Shown: positions 1-9,796 of the stretch, one piece after another
How the letters are laid out: each line of letters opens with the position of its first letter
Numbering within the stretch: position 1 is the first letter of the stretch
Assembly: GCA_963768255.1 (NCBI GenBank)
Contig: CAVYGX010000005.1
Span: 35,094-99,093, forward strand
Length of the DNA: 64,000 bases
Source of the DNA: an uncultured Acidimicrobiales bacterium
GTDB lineage: Bacteria > Actinomycetota > Acidimicrobiia > Acidimicrobiales > UBA8190
Direction of reading: 5' to 3'
Translations under genes and position numbers: made by a program
The notes under the pieces: model-generated
Seen by the model: only the letters and a program-made list of their open reading frames with translations
Database searches by the model: none
What the model was told of the DNA's origin: nothing

Positions 1-1789
1 CGCAGAGGTCCTCCAGCGCTTCGGCGATTTGCCGGTGCGCGCGGGCTTGGCGGGTAAGTCCCAAGTCCTCATAAAGGGTGTGTTGAATCAGAGCGTGCGC
101 GAAGTTGTAATGCCCGGGAGTGTCGGCAAGTTCCCGCACCAGCGAAGCGGTAATCGCGGCGTCGAGGATGTCGAGTAGCTCGTCCTCAGTCGCTTTCGTC
201 ACTCTCCCCAGGAGATCGAGGTCGAAGTCCCGGCCGATCACTGCGGCCATTGACAAAACATGCTCGGCGTCTTGTCCGAGTCGTCCGACGCGGGCGCCGA
301 TCACGACGCGCACGCTGTCGGGCAGGGCCATCTGATCCAGGGATTCTTCTGAAGTCCACCGCCCGGTGGCGTCTTGGAAGATCGCTCCGGTCTCAGAAAG
401 GTGGCGCAGGACTTCACTCACGAAGAAGGGATTGCCGTCGGTCTCTCGATACACGGCGTGGGCGAGGCCGACTCCGGCCTCGTCCAGCGTCTGTCCGGCG
501 GCGGCCTCGAGGAATGCCACCACCCCGCTGTCATCGAGTCCGGCCAGTTCGACGTGGGACACGCCGCCATGCTGTCGATGCAGGGTCGACAGGGTGTCGG
601 TGAGCGGGTGAGAACGAGAAAGTTCGCTGTCGCGATAGGTCCCGAGCACGAGCACTCGCATGGCCTGTTCGGCCGCAGCGACATGACGTAAAAGTAGGAG
701 ACTTGCGTCGTCGGCCCACTGGAGATCATCGAGGACCAGGACGACGGGCTGCTTCTGTGACACCCTTGCCAGCAGACCGACCACGGCTGCGAAGAGGAGA
801 TACCGCTCGGTGTCGGCGTCGGTCGCCTTCGAGGGCGGGAGGTCCGGGATTCTGCTCGCGAGGGCCGGAACCAACCGAGCCAGTTCTGACCCGTATTCCT
901 CAACGTGGGCGAGCAGCTGGTCTTCGTCGGCGTAGGTGACGTAATGCCTGATTGCTTCGGCAAAGAGTTGGTAGGGGCTGGCGAGGTCCTCACCGCAGTA
1001 GCCGAAGAGGACACATGCCCCGGTTTCGAATGCGGCCCTGGCCGCTTCGGCCGCGAGGGTGGTCTTGCCCATACCGGCCTCGCCCGAGATCAGCAACACC
1101 TCGCGCCCTTCGGCCCCGGCGACGCGCTTGGCGGCATCCGTCATCGCCTGCATCTCGGCTTCTCGGCCGATCACACCAACCGTGGGGCGCCGAGCCAGGC
1201 GCGGCGGCAGTGGCACGACGGTCCCGAGGTCCGAGTCGGTGACCTCTCCGAGGGGCTCCCAGAGGACCTCGACGGTCTCGATCGGCTCGGAAAGGCCCTT
1301 GAGGGTCAGTTCACCCAGAGAGCGGCATTCGTGGCGGCTGCGCCGACCGGCCATGGCTCGCACGACGTCGGTAGCCAGGACTTGCCCGCTCTCGCAGATG
1401 ACACACAGCCGAGCTGCCTCGACAACCGGGTCTCCGAAGTAGTCGTCGTTCTCCCTGCTTACTTCCCCGCCGCTCAGTCCCACCCGCAGGCCCACCGAGT
1501 GCTCCCGGTCCCGATTGTCCCGCTCTACGCGCTGCTGCATGGCCACAGCGCAGGTCAGAGCAGCCGAGGCCGAGCCGAAAACCACCATGAGCCCGTCGCC
1601 CAGGTTCTTGACCTCGGTGCCTCCGGACTCGGCGACAGCTTGGCGGAGGATCGAGAAGTGGTCCCGGCGGACCTCGTCGGCCGCCTCGGCCGACAGACGT
1701 TGCGACAGCTCCGTCGAGCCCACCTGATCGGTGAACAGGATCGTCGCGCTCTCGGTGCCCAAGAATCCGCCCTCCCGCGTGGACGACAC
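1..1789 (-). CDS. Class III adenylate/guanylate cyclase domain fused to an AAA/STAND-type ATPase (large LuxR/MalT-like signalling protein); C-terminal part runs off the window
   Basis: Hand translation of the minus strand gives a GTG at 1789 preceded by an in-frame TGA. It is followed by ATILFTDQVGSTELSQRL...NLGDGLMVVF (cyclase core) and the Walker A REVLLISGEAGMGKTT (about 1058-1107). The same frame is still open at position 1 (...GHYNFAHALIQHTLYEDLGLTRQ...). It is absent from the ORF track because it has no stop in the window. Confidence 0.85.
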   Translation of the reverse strand, partial: MSSTREGGFLGTESATILFTDQVGSTELSQRLSAEAADEVRRDHFSILRQAVAESGGTEVKNLGDGLMVVFGSASAALTCAVAMQQRVERDNRDREHSVGLRVGLSGGEVSRENDDYFGDPVVEAARLCVICESGQVLATDVVRAMAGRRSRHECRSLGELTLKGLSEPIETVEVLWEPLGEVTDSDLGTVVPLPPRLARRPTVGVIGREAEMQAMTDAAKRVAGAEGREVLLISGEAGMGKTTLAAEAARAAFETGACVLFGYCGEDLASPYQLFAEAIRHYVTYADEDQLLAHVEEYGSELARLVPALASRIPDLPPSKATDADTERYLLFAAVVGLLARVSQKQPVVLVLDDLQWADDASLLLLRHVAAAEQAMRVLVLGTYRDSELSRSHPLTDTLSTLHRQHGGVSHVELAGLDDSGVVAFLEAAAGQTLDEAGVGLAHAVYRETDGNPFFVSEVLRHLSETGAIFQDATGRWTSEESLDQMALPDSVRVVIGARVGRLGQDAEHVLSMAAVIGRDFDLDLLGRVTKATEDELLDILDAAITASLVRELADTPGHYNFAHALIQHTLYEDLGLTRQARAHRQIAEALEDLC

Positions 1790-2123
1790 AAGAGTAGGCG
1801 AGGACCGGTACCGCTCGCCCAGCGCACCCAGTCGGCCCTGGGGAGTTCGCCCCGTCGGTCCTCAGGCTCCCGAGCCCGCACAGAAACGTGAGTCACCTGG
1901 CGTCCTGCCTTTCCATCTGGCACGGGCTCCGATGCGCGCAGCCTGGCAGTCCCCACCGGGTGATCTCGGTCGGGACCCTGGCCCCGCGAGGGTGCACGCA
2001 AACCGCAGTACCAACGGGTCTTGAATGCGTAAGTCGGCACTTTCGGGGCCTTGCTTCACCGCGTCCAGATCGTGGCGTTAGGCTCGCCTCGCTGGCTGTC
2101 GCCCAACCCAACCGAGGAATCGC

Positions 2124-2939
2124 GTGGAAATGCCCCTGCCTGTGGGTCACTCGCTGGAAGTTCCGGGCGCGCGCTTGTACTACGAAGTACAAGGCTCGGG
2201 CCCTGTGCTCATGCTGGTCGGCCACCCGATGGGCACCACCGGATTTGCTGCCATAGCTCCGCTGCTCGCTGAGCAGTACACAGTCGTGACCTACGATCCC
2301 CGAGGCTTCGCCCGCAGCACGATCGACGATCGCGATCAAGACGCCGAGCCCGATCTGCTGGCCGACGACGTACGCCGGGTGCTGGAGGCGGTCGGCGGCG
2401 GGCCCGCCCACGTGTTCGGCAGTAGTGGTGGGGCAGTGACGGGACTCGCATTGGTCGTCCACTTCCCTGGCCACGTGCAAACCCTCGTCGCCCACGAGCC
2501 CCCGCTCGCCCTGCTCCTGCCGGAAGCGGAGGAGGTGCGCTCCGGGCTCCAAGACATTTACGACACCTACCGCGACAGCGGCATCGGCGCCGCGTGGCAG
2601 AGGTTCTCCAGCTTCACAGGCATCGACATGCGCCCACAGGGCGAGGAGCCCGCGCCACAGCCCCCGTCGGCCGAGGCGATAGCGATGAGCGAGCGCTTCT
2701 TCGGCCACGGCCTGCTGCCAATCGCGCTCTACCAACCCGACCTTTCTGCCCTCCAGGTCGCAGCCGCTCGGGTCATCGCCGCCGGGGGGACCACCTCCAG
2801 GGGTCAGTTCCCTTGGCGCACGGCCGTGGCCCTTGCGGAACGCCTCGGCACGCCTCTTATCGACTTCCCCGGGGGCCACGGTGGTTTCGCCACCGATGCT
2901 AAGGACTCCGCTACGGTCCTCTGCCGCACCCTGGCATAA
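2124..2939 (+). CDS. Alpha/beta hydrolase
   Basis: 271-aa ORF with a GxSxG nucleophile elbow (FGSSGGAV) and ...VVTYDPRGFARS..., the typical alpha/beta-hydrolase layout. The GTG start is divergent from the cyclase gene. Confidence 0.9.
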   Translation: MEMPLPVGHSLEVPGARLYYEVQGSGPVLMLVGHPMGTTGFAAIAPLLAEQYTVVTYDPRGFARSTIDDRDQDAEPDLLADDVRRVLEAVGGGPAHVFGSSGGAVTGLALVVHFPGHVQTLVAHEPPLALLLPEAEEVRSGLQDIYDTYRDSGIGAAWQRFSSFTGIDMRPQGEEPAPQPPSAEAIAMSERFFGHGLLPIALYQPDLSALQVAAARVIAAGGTTSRGQFPWRTAVALAERLGTPLIDFPGGHGGFATDAKDSATVLCRTLA

Positions 2940-3405
2940 CCCGAGGGATTGGGCGATCCGAGGCACGCAATATCGGGATCCCGAGCCCCTGTGAATCCTT
3001 GCGAGCCGAGCCCATGGTGTCGGAAATGGACCCCGGGCGTGAGGGCGACCCGCTCGCGATCACCGCTTGAGCCCAAGAGGCGAACCTTTCCGTGCTGGTC
3101 CCGCGGAAGCGCCCCATCCCACATCGAGCCGACTTTGGGGTGGATCCGGGCCCGGGTAGGCCGTCCGAGTCCGCTGGTGTTCCCGAGCGGCCCAAGGGTG
3201 GTCGAGATGCCCTGCCAGGGGCGCACAGAACCGGCAATTCCGACTGGTCTCGGTGGCCGTCGACGCATCGGGCGCCCGTCGTTTCCGGATGGGCCTCCCT
3301 GATAGGCGGCTACTACGCCCTCGTGCAGAGCCAGCCATGAGAGCGAGTTGGTCAGTCCAATAGAAGTGGCCTCTGGCCCGGGCGGCTGTCCCCTAGTTTT
3401 CTTTC

Positions 3406-3903
3406 ATGAGCGCTATCAACGATCCTTACTACGCCGGCCCGCCGGTGCGGAAGTACAACCAGCGCATGGCTCAGCGGGTGGCCAAGCGCGCACATGTCAA
3501 CGAGCAGGGCGTGGCGGTGTGTTTCGCTTACAACAACCTGCTCACCAGCCTGCTGATCGGCGTGGTGGAGGACATCGCCCGGCTCGTGCCGACGGTCGGC
3601 TCTCTGATCGAGATGGTGATCAGCATCCTGACGTTTTACTTCCATCGCATCGTACTGGTCACCGACCAGAACGTGTATGTGTATCGGGACTGGCCTTTCC
3701 ACTTTCCAGGGAAGCAGTTGGCCGCCTACTCGCGCCACGCCGGCGTGGTGAAGCTCGGCAGCCCGAACCCGGGCGGTTTCTCCAAGTTCATCCGCCGCGG
3801 ACAGCTGACCTTCGAAGACGGTCATGTCGTCTATCACGGCATTCTGTGGATTCGCCGCGCGAAGTACATCGACCAGGAGGCGAACAGCCCCGTCGCGAGG
3901 TGA
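3406..3903 (+). CDS. Hypothetical protein (two hydrophobic helices plus beta-rich C-terminal half)
   Basis: 165-aa ATG ORF with protein-like composition in a locally lower-GC stretch. No family recognised. Confidence 0.6.
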   Translation: MSAINDPYYAGPPVRKYNQRMAQRVAKRAHVNEQGVAVCFAYNNLLTSLLIGVVEDIARLVPTVGSLIEMVISILTFYFHRIVLVTDQNVYVYRDWPFHFPGKQLAAYSRHAGVVKLGSPNPGGFSKFIRRGQLTFEDGHVVYHGILWIRRAKYIDQEANSPVAR

Positions 3904-4151
3904 CGCCGCCGCGGCCCTCACCCGATTTAAGGGTGGCGGCGATTCGGGCCGACTCTTCAGGCGCCTGAGTTCGCGCATCCTTCACCCATTGGTCACGGGG
4001 ATGTTCGCTTGTACGGCCTGACCCAGGCGGGCTTCTTGCACCGTCTTGCCCGATTCGCCAACCCTCAAGCACTCTTTCCGGTGCTGTTTGGCGGCGATAT
4101 CTCGGTGTCAGCGATGGCTCACCCCATAAATTCGCTCGTCGAATCGCCCAT

Positions 4152-4961
4152 CTATTCAGCGGGAACGCGCACCTCGAAAACTGGCACTGGCTCGGCGAAT
4201 CCTTTGAGATCGAGCGCGCCCCTGGAATCGAAGGCAAAGCGCTTTCCAACACAGAGTTCTCGCACGGCCGTCGAGACGGCGATGCCACCGGGAGCCGCCG
4301 CTCCGCAGAGTCGCGCCGACAATTGCACCGCGGCCCCGAACAAGTCATCTCGTTCGCTGACAGGCTCCCCGACGCTAATGCCAACGCGAAGGTGGATCGG
4401 CCGCTCGGCCCCATCGTTCCGGTGATGAAGAGCGCGTTGAATATCGATGCTGGACTCGACAGCAGCCGACACGGACGTGAACGACGCCATGATCCCATCG
4501 CCCGTATGCTTGACCTCGCGTCCACCTTGCCTGTGCAGCGCTGCTCTCACGATCGCGTCGTGCTCGCGAAGGAGAAGCATATATCCGTCGTCGCCCAATT
4601 CTTGCGTCTGCTGCGTCGAGTCACAGAGATCAGTGAAAAGAATGACCCGAACAGCGGAGGCGACATACGCTTCTCCTGCGGGGTGTCGGGGAATGTCACC
4701 AAGAAACGCATTCATGGGCCCGTCGCCCACTTCGATGATGTTGTCGGCAACCAGGCCATGCGCTTCCCGGTGCACCGTTTCCAAGGACTCCCGGTCGGGT
4801 CCCTCGGCGAGACAAAAGACGGTGCCTTCCTTGTCATCGAACCAATACGTGACGTAACGGACTTGGTATTTGTCCTGAACGGCAAGATCGAGTTCGTGCG
4901 CCGCGGCGATGTCAGCGGCCGTCGCGCCAGGCGCCTTGTGTCGATCGAGGAACAAGGCCAT
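4152..4961 (-). CDS. DUF4242 (SCO4226-like, nickel-binding family) domain fused to a class III adenylate/guanylate cyclase domain
   Basis: The N-terminal MALFLDRHKAPGATAADIAAAHELDLAVQDKYQVRYVTYWFDDKEGTVFCLAEGP...VHREAHGLVADNIIEV follows the DUF4242 pattern. The C-terminal VILFTDLCDSTQQTQELGDD...KHTGDGIMASF...GISVGEPV...GAAVQLSARL is a cyclase core. ATG 4961 is preferred over the 5090 start in the track. Confidence 0.85.
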   Translation of the reverse strand: MALFLDRHKAPGATAADIAAAHELDLAVQDKYQVRYVTYWFDDKEGTVFCLAEGPDRESLETVHREAHGLVADNIIEVGDGPMNAFLGDIPRHPAGEAYVASAVRVILFTDLCDSTQQTQELGDDGYMLLLREHDAIVRAALHRQGGREVKHTGDGIMASFTSVSAAVESSIDIQRALHHRNDGAERPIHLRVGISVGEPVSERDDLFGAAVQLSARLCGAAAPGGIAVSTAVRELCVGKRFAFDSRGALDLKGFAEPVPVFEVRVPAE

Positions 4962-5307
4962 GCCGGTTAGGTTAGTGACACGGACGGTTTCGCGCCCTGG
5001 AAGGGAAGTCTGACCTTCCAGCCTGAGTTCGCCTCTGACCGCCATTTGTCGGTATGACCAGGCGATAGTCCTAGGGGTGGGGTGGTGCACCCCCCGGGGG
5101 GAGACCTAAGCGGTCGAGTCATCCGGAATCGTTCCCGACCGCGGAGATAACTCGGCTTCACCCCTGACAGGCCGACGCGACCAGCTCTCAGACCGGTCGC
5201 GACACCCGGACTCGGACGGCTCATCCGGCCCATTGCTGCACGGAGGTGGATCTTGACGTGAGAGAACTCGCTGGCCGTCACCGCGGCGTGATGCCAGTAT
5301 TCGGGGC

Positions 5308-6045
5308 GTGGCTCAGGACTATTTCGGAGAGGACGTTGCCGCTGGCTACGACGAGGGCACTGTCTCGATGTTCGACCCCGACGTGCTTGGCCCGACGGTC
5401 GACCTGCTGGCCGAGCTTGCCGGAAACGGAGCTGCGCTTGAGTTCGCCGTCGGCACTGGCCGGGTTGCGTTGCCACTCGCGGCCCGAGGTGTGCCGGTAT
5501 CGGGGATCGAACTCTCGATCCCCATGGTTGAGCGGCTCCGAACCAAAGATGACGCACAGCGCATCAAGGTGACGGTCGGCGATATGGCGAAGACGCGGGT
5601 CGACGGAAGGTTCCGGCTCGTATACCTCGTGTTCAACACGATCGGCAACCTGACCACCCAGGACCAACAGGTGGGGTGTTTCGTTAATGCGGCCGATCAC
5701 CTCGAGCCTGGTGGATACTTCCTGATCGAGGTTGGCGTGCCTGACCTGCGGCGTCTCCCACCCGGCGAAGACGCACGCGTGTTTGCGCACGCCCCGGGGT
5801 ATGTGGGTTACGACCGCTACACCGATTTTGTCAGCCAGCAGGCAATGTCACACCACTTCACCGCCGACGGATCGGGTGCACGCGAGTTCAAGACGCCCTT
5901 CCGCTACGTGTGGCCGTCCGAGCTCGACCTGATGGCCAAACTCGCCGGCATGTCCCTGCGTGACCGCTGGGCCAGCTGGGACCGCTCACCGTTCACCGGT
6001 GACAGCAGGTCCCACGTTTCGGTTTGGGAGAAGACCGACGCCTAG
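5308..6045 (+). CDS. Class I SAM-dependent methyltransferase
   Basis: 245-aa ORF with SAM motif I-like LEFAVGTGRVALPLA and post-I GIELS. Fold-typical spacing (LVYLVFNTIGNL, LEPGGYFLIE). Confidence 0.85.
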   Translation: MAQDYFGEDVAAGYDEGTVSMFDPDVLGPTVDLLAELAGNGAALEFAVGTGRVALPLAARGVPVSGIELSIPMVERLRTKDDAQRIKVTVGDMAKTRVDGRFRLVYLVFNTIGNLTTQDQQVGCFVNAADHLEPGGYFLIEVGVPDLRRLPPGEDARVFAHAPGYVGYDRYTDFVSQQAMSHHFTADGSGAREFKTPFRYVWPSELDLMAKLAGMSLRDRWASWDRSPFTGDSRSHVSVWEKTDA

Positions 6046-6144
6046 CCGCCGATGTGCGGGATCCCACTTGCTCCGACATGGGACCGGACCGGGCGGTATC
6101 CCCGAGCTCGGCCTACAAGCGCACCGTCGCGGTCGCTGTCTCGG

Positions 6145-7371
6145 CTACGGATTTGAACTTGGCGGGTGCGGCTGTGCGATCTCTTTCCACGTCTCGCCAT
6201 CCGTGGTGCGCCAGAGTCCGTCGCCAGTCGCGGCCCAGCCGTGAGCAGCGTCGAGGAACGAGACGAAGGGCGGCCCGAACGCCCCCGCGTTCGGATCGCT
6301 GTATGCGAATTGCCAGGTCACTCCTCCGTCGGCCGTGACGAGGAGTCCACCCCGATCCTCCGCAAGCCAGGCGCGATTAGGTTCTGAGCCGAGGACATTC
6401 AGGGGACCGAAGTCTCCGGTCGGGAAGATGTGTCCACTTCCCTGGTCGGGATGACCGAGACTTTCCGACGCCATAAGGGTCCAGTGAGTCCCTCCGTCGT
6501 ATGACCGATAGACCCACTTGGAGGTCATGTCCGTGGCTGGCTGGCCGAACTCGACGAGCCACAGATCATCGGTCGAGAGAGCCACAAGATCGGCGCCGAA
6601 CGCGGAGCAGCCTTGGGGGAGCGAGAGCGCTTGCCAACTTGCCCCACCGTCTTCCGTGCGGGCCAAAACACCGGGCTGGGAGCCGTTCAGTGCGATGTGT
6701 CCGCAGCCCAGGACGTACGCCACGCTGGTGCTCACCCGGCTGAGGACCCCGGGGCTGGGCACCGGGGGTTGGGCGGCTTCCTGCCAGGTACCTCCGCCAT
6801 CGGTGGTAATTCTCAGCGCGCCCGATGACGAGATCGCCCAGACATTCATGCCGACGGGCGACACGGACTCGTTGCCGGCGCTGGTGGCGAGCGCCATCGT
6901 CCAGTGGTGCCCACCGTCGTGGGTGACGTCGAGACCTATGGAGCCCCACGCGTACCCATCCTCGGAGTCGGTGAACTCCAACATGGAGGCCCACACGGGA
7001 AGCGGCGTGGACGTGGCTGTCTGCCACGTGACTCCTCCGTTCTCGGTCACGACAAGCTGCTGTGCTACCGACAGCCCCGTCGTGTCGAACTCGACCAACC
7101 CATAGCCGCGAGACGCGGAGACGAAGGAGAGCGGACCCACTCGATACCCCGGCACCGGTGTCCCCGCCGCGAGGGGCGGGGAAGGGCCCTGAGGAGTCGT
7201 CGTGCCCAAAGAAGTCGTCGGTGATCGCGGCGACGACGTGGTGGTGCCCAGCTTGAGGGGCGAGGAGCACGCAGAGCCCAGCCCGATCAGGATCGCCTCG
7301 GTGACGAGTCCCGCAACACGACACCGTCGAGCCGTCGACCCTCCCCGACGAGTCAGGCGAAGCACGTCCAT
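6145..7371 (-). CDS. Secreted/lipoprotein-like BNR (Asp-box) repeat beta-propeller protein (Ycf48/sialidase-like fold)
   Basis: Repeated xDGGxxW Asp-box-like motifs: TENGGVTW, THDGGHHW, TTDGGGTW, TEDGGASW, SYDGGTHW, TADGGVTW, TTDGETW. The N-terminal hydrophobic segment ends in LGSAC (lipobox-like). ATG 7371 is preferred; the track ORF starts at 7458. Confidence 0.8.
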   Translation of the reverse strand: MDVLRLTRRGGSTARRCRVAGLVTEAILIGLGSACSSPLKLGTTTSSPRSPTTSLGTTTPQGPSPPLAAGTPVPGYRVGPLSFVSASRGYGLVEFDTTGLSVAQQLVVTENGGVTWQTATSTPLPVWASMLEFTDSEDGYAWGSIGLDVTHDGGHHWTMALATSAGNESVSPVGMNVWAISSSGALRITTDGGGTWQEAAQPPVPSPGVLSRVSTSVAYVLGCGHIALNGSQPGVLARTEDGGASWQALSLPQGCSAFGADLVALSTDDLWLVEFGQPATDMTSKWVYRSYDGGTHWTLMASESLGHPDQGSGHIFPTGDFGPLNVLGSEPNRAWLAEDRGGLLVTADGGVTWQFAYSDPNAGAFGPPFVSFLDAAHGWAATGDGLWRTTDGETWKEIAQPHPPSSNP

Positions 7372-7584
7372 GATGGTCTCACGCCGGACGATTCGGAGAG
7401 GTTTACACGCGTTCGCCGGTGGAGCTGACTCAGAGCCAATGAGCCCGGGCGTCTTCAATGGATACGGTGCACACTGGGGCCAGATTCAGGCGCCCGAGGC
7501 CGGGTGCTGTCCCCCCTCCCGACGTGGCGACTGGTTTTGCCGGGACGTTCTGGTCCATATGTTTCGACTTCGTGCGATGATTTA

Positions 7585-7956
7585 ATGATGCAGCCGAGCC
7601 TGCCTGATGTGGGATCGAGCGGAGTCAGCGGGACTCGCTATCCGACACTGGTGCTGTGCGTGATAGCAGGAGTACTGGCCTTCGCCCTCCTGGTTCAGTG
7701 CGCCATTGGGGTGATAGTCGCACTCCTCGTGAGCAGCCCTGCAGGCCTCGGTCGAGCACTGACCTTTGGTTGTGCGGGGCTTGCACCGGGCGGGGCAGCG
7801 CTGGGTGCTTGGTTGGTAGGAACACACGAGCTTGAACGAAGGGTTCGGACCTTCAAGACCGTGATCATCACGCTTGTTGTCGAGGCAGGTGTCATCGGGT
7901 GGCTCTCAGCCCAGGGTATAGATGCCTTGAACGTCCAATGGGTTCACTGGCTATAG
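7585..7956 (+). CDS. Hypothetical integral membrane protein
   Basis: The ORF contains 3-4 hydrophobic helices (LVLCVIAGVLAFALLVQCAIGVIVALLV...). The ATG-ATG at 7585 was chosen over the 7504 start. No family recognised. Confidence 0.5.
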   Translation: MMQPSLPDVGSSGVSGTRYPTLVLCVIAGVLAFALLVQCAIGVIVALLVSSPAGLGRALTFGCAGLAPGGAALGAWLVGTHELERRVRTFKTVIITLVVEAGVIGWLSAQGIDALNVQWVHWL

Positions 7957-8032
7957 AACATCGAGCCGGTGGCGGAATGATGCTGGTTCAACAGATGCCT
8001 TCGTCGAGGAACCTCACAATCGGCGGCAGGTA

Positions 8033-8380
8033 GTGCACCCTCCTCCCGAACTCCCATCCATCCACCGCCGCCGGGGCCCTAAACTGCCCCAGGTGGGGAA
8101 ACCGCAGTCCACGCTGGTGCTCCGAGTCGAAGCGCTGGTCATCTGCGCCTTGTCCCTCAGCGTCGCGGGCATTGTGTTGGCGCGGGTCGGATCGACACCC
8201 ACCTGGCACGACGTTGCGTTTCCCCCTACTCACGGCGCAAGCACCCTCCCCAAGGTTGCCACCCTCAGCAACGCCGCGCCCGGATGGGTTGTGATCGTGC
8301 TCGTGGTCGGTTTAGCCGCGCTCTGGGCAGCGTGTGGATGGATGGCACTGCGTCACAAGGAGACGGCAGCGCTCGGTTGA
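8033..8380 (+). CDS. Hypothetical small membrane protein
   Basis: 115-aa ORF with two hydrophobic segments (LVICALSLSVAGIVLA, WVVIVLVVGLAALWAACGWMAL). No family recognised. Confidence 0.4.
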   Translation: MHPPPELPSIHRRRGPKLPQVGKPQSTLVLRVEALVICALSLSVAGIVLARVGSTPTWHDVAFPPTHGASTLPKVATLSNAAPGWVVIVLVVGLAALWAACGWMALRHKETAALG

Positions 8381-8433
8381 CGAGGGCGTCGTCATGCGAC
8401 CCGACTCGCAAGTGAGCCACTCGGATGAGGGGG

Positions 8434-9252
8434 TCAGATCACCGCCAAACGCAGCTCTTGCGCCACGGACACGACGATCTGGCCATCGAGGTTCCGCATC
8501 ACACCTCGCAAGAGGCCGCGTCCTCCGACATTGACCAGGGAGTGGACATCGTACGAGAGCCATGTGTCGACGCGCGCCGGACGATGGAACCACACCGCGT
8601 GATCGAGGCTTATCATCCCCTGCGTGTCGCCTTCCAAGTGGAGAGGCCGACCGCCTAAGCCGGTCCAGTCGCTGGCAAAACCAAGAAGCGCTGTGTGAAG
8701 GTGCGGGTCGTCTGGCACTTCGCCGGGAATACGGAACCACATGCGGTGAGTGGATTCTCGTGTGCCGTCCTCGGATGCAGGGCTCGGGCCTAAGAGGACG
8801 GCCTCCCATGGTCCAGGCCCGGGTTCAACGGGTCGATCGGCCAAGGAGGGGTACGTGCTGGGCGCGGGCATGTCATAGACATAGCCGTCGCGATCGGACG
8901 TGAACGAGCATGTCATGTCGAGCACCGCCTTGCCTCCCTGTGCTGCGGTGAGGCGTCGGACGGTGAAGGTCCGTCCCTGGCGTACGTCAGAGACCCGGTA
9001 GTCGACCAATGCATTCGACCTGACCGGCCGCAGGAAGTACGCATGCATGGAATGGATTCGGGTGCCTGCCGGGGCGTCCCGGCTCGCCGCCATCAGGGCT
9101 TGGGAGACGACGAGTCCGCCGAACAGGTACTCCCCGGGCCACTCGGGTGGGTGCCCGATCCAACCATCGGTGCTCGGCTCCAGCGTGAGAAACCGGACAG
9201 TCTGTGCCAGAAGGTCACTGAGATCCGGGTCGGATTGTTCCACCATGAACAA
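8434..9252 (-). CDS. tesB: Acyl-CoA thioesterase II
   Basis: 272-aa ORF with a double hot-dog TesB pattern: LFGGLVVSQALMAA, IHSMHAYFLRP, RQGRTFTVRRL, ...HTALLGFASDW..., SLDHAVWFHRP. Confidence 0.9.
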   Translation of the reverse strand: MFMVEQSDPDLSDLLAQTVRFLTLEPSTDGWIGHPPEWPGEYLFGGLVVSQALMAASRDAPAGTRIHSMHAYFLRPVRSNALVDYRVSDVRQGRTFTVRRLTAAQGGKAVLDMTCSFTSDRDGYVYDMPAPSTYPSLADRPVEPGPGPWEAVLLGPSPASEDGTRESTHRMWFRIPGEVPDDPHLHTALLGFASDWTGLGGRPLHLEGDTQGMISLDHAVWFHRPARVDTWLSYDVHSLVNVGGRGLLRGVMRNLDGQIVVSVAQELRLAVI

Positions 9253-9439
9253 GAAAGATTACGAGATCACCTTGATACCGCCGGACGGAGCGACTCACGG
9301 CCAAGCTATCCAGGCAGGTGGTCCACGACGGCCACGTCAGGGCGACCCAACGTTGGACTGCTCCTTGGGGCTGATTCGTCAAGGCCGGGCATACTAGGTC
9401 TAACGGGGCTTGACGCTGCTGCCCCTTGGAGGAGAAATC

Positions 9440-9664
9440 ATGACGCGCAAGCTCTTTGTCGGTTCCAACGTCACCGTGAGCTTCGATCCGGAGGTCTGTC
9501 AGCACTCGGGTAAATGCGTCCACGGACTGCCCGTCGTATTCGAGGTTGGACGCTCGCCTTGGATCACACCTGACGCAGCCTCTGTTGACGAGGTGACCGC
9601 TCAGGTTGGACGTTGCCCGTCTGGGGCGCTTCGCATCGAGCCGAGGGACCCAGTATCGGATTGA
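9440..9664 (+). CDS. Small (4Fe-4S)-binding protein, divergent 4Fe-4S mono-cluster family
   Basis: MTRKLFVGSNVTVSFDPEVCQHSGKCVHGLPVVFE...PWITPD...VGRCPSGALRIE has the characteristic Cys pattern and CPSGAL motif. GGAGGA lies just upstream of ATG 9440. Confidence 0.7.
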   Translation: MTRKLFVGSNVTVSFDPEVCQHSGKCVHGLPVVFEVGRSPWITPDAASVDEVTAQVGRCPSGALRIEPRDPVSD

Positions 9665-9796
9665 GGATGCGAGACCTTGTCCGCGGTACGCGCTCCTTGC
9701 ATGGGTAGATCGGCGGAAGCAGGCCGACCGGGACCGGGCATCATGCGTCACCCTGCGGATGTGCGGCCTTTCCGTCGCATCGTTAGCGTCACCTCG

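Noticed and set aside
905-1891. A long plus-strand ORF (328 aa). Similar long ORFs lie opposite well-supported genes: 1893-2966(-), 24942-26015(-), 35943-37490(-), 39030-40562(-), 40616-42007(-), 42355-44250(+) and 48189-50048(+).
   Set aside because: All lie antisense to genes with clear family signatures. They are Arg/Gly/His/Pro-rich with no recognisable motifs. Long shadow ORFs are expected in high-GC DNA.
3904-4151. A hairpin-like CGCCGCC...GGCGGCG (3907-3941) after the hypothetical gene, as a possible terminator.
   Set aside because: The stem is interrupted by a large asymmetric bulge, and only CACCC/GGGTG pairs cleanly. It is too weak to call.
5074-5101. A G-tract cluster and the palindromes GGTGCACC (5084-5091) and CCCCCCGGGGGG (5090-5101), upstream of the DUF4242-cyclase gene.
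   Set aside because: There are only three usable G-tracts, so a canonical G-quadruplex cannot form. C6G6 is a trivial low-complexity palindrome in GC-rich DNA. There is no evidence of function, although it is another homopolymer where run length should be checked.
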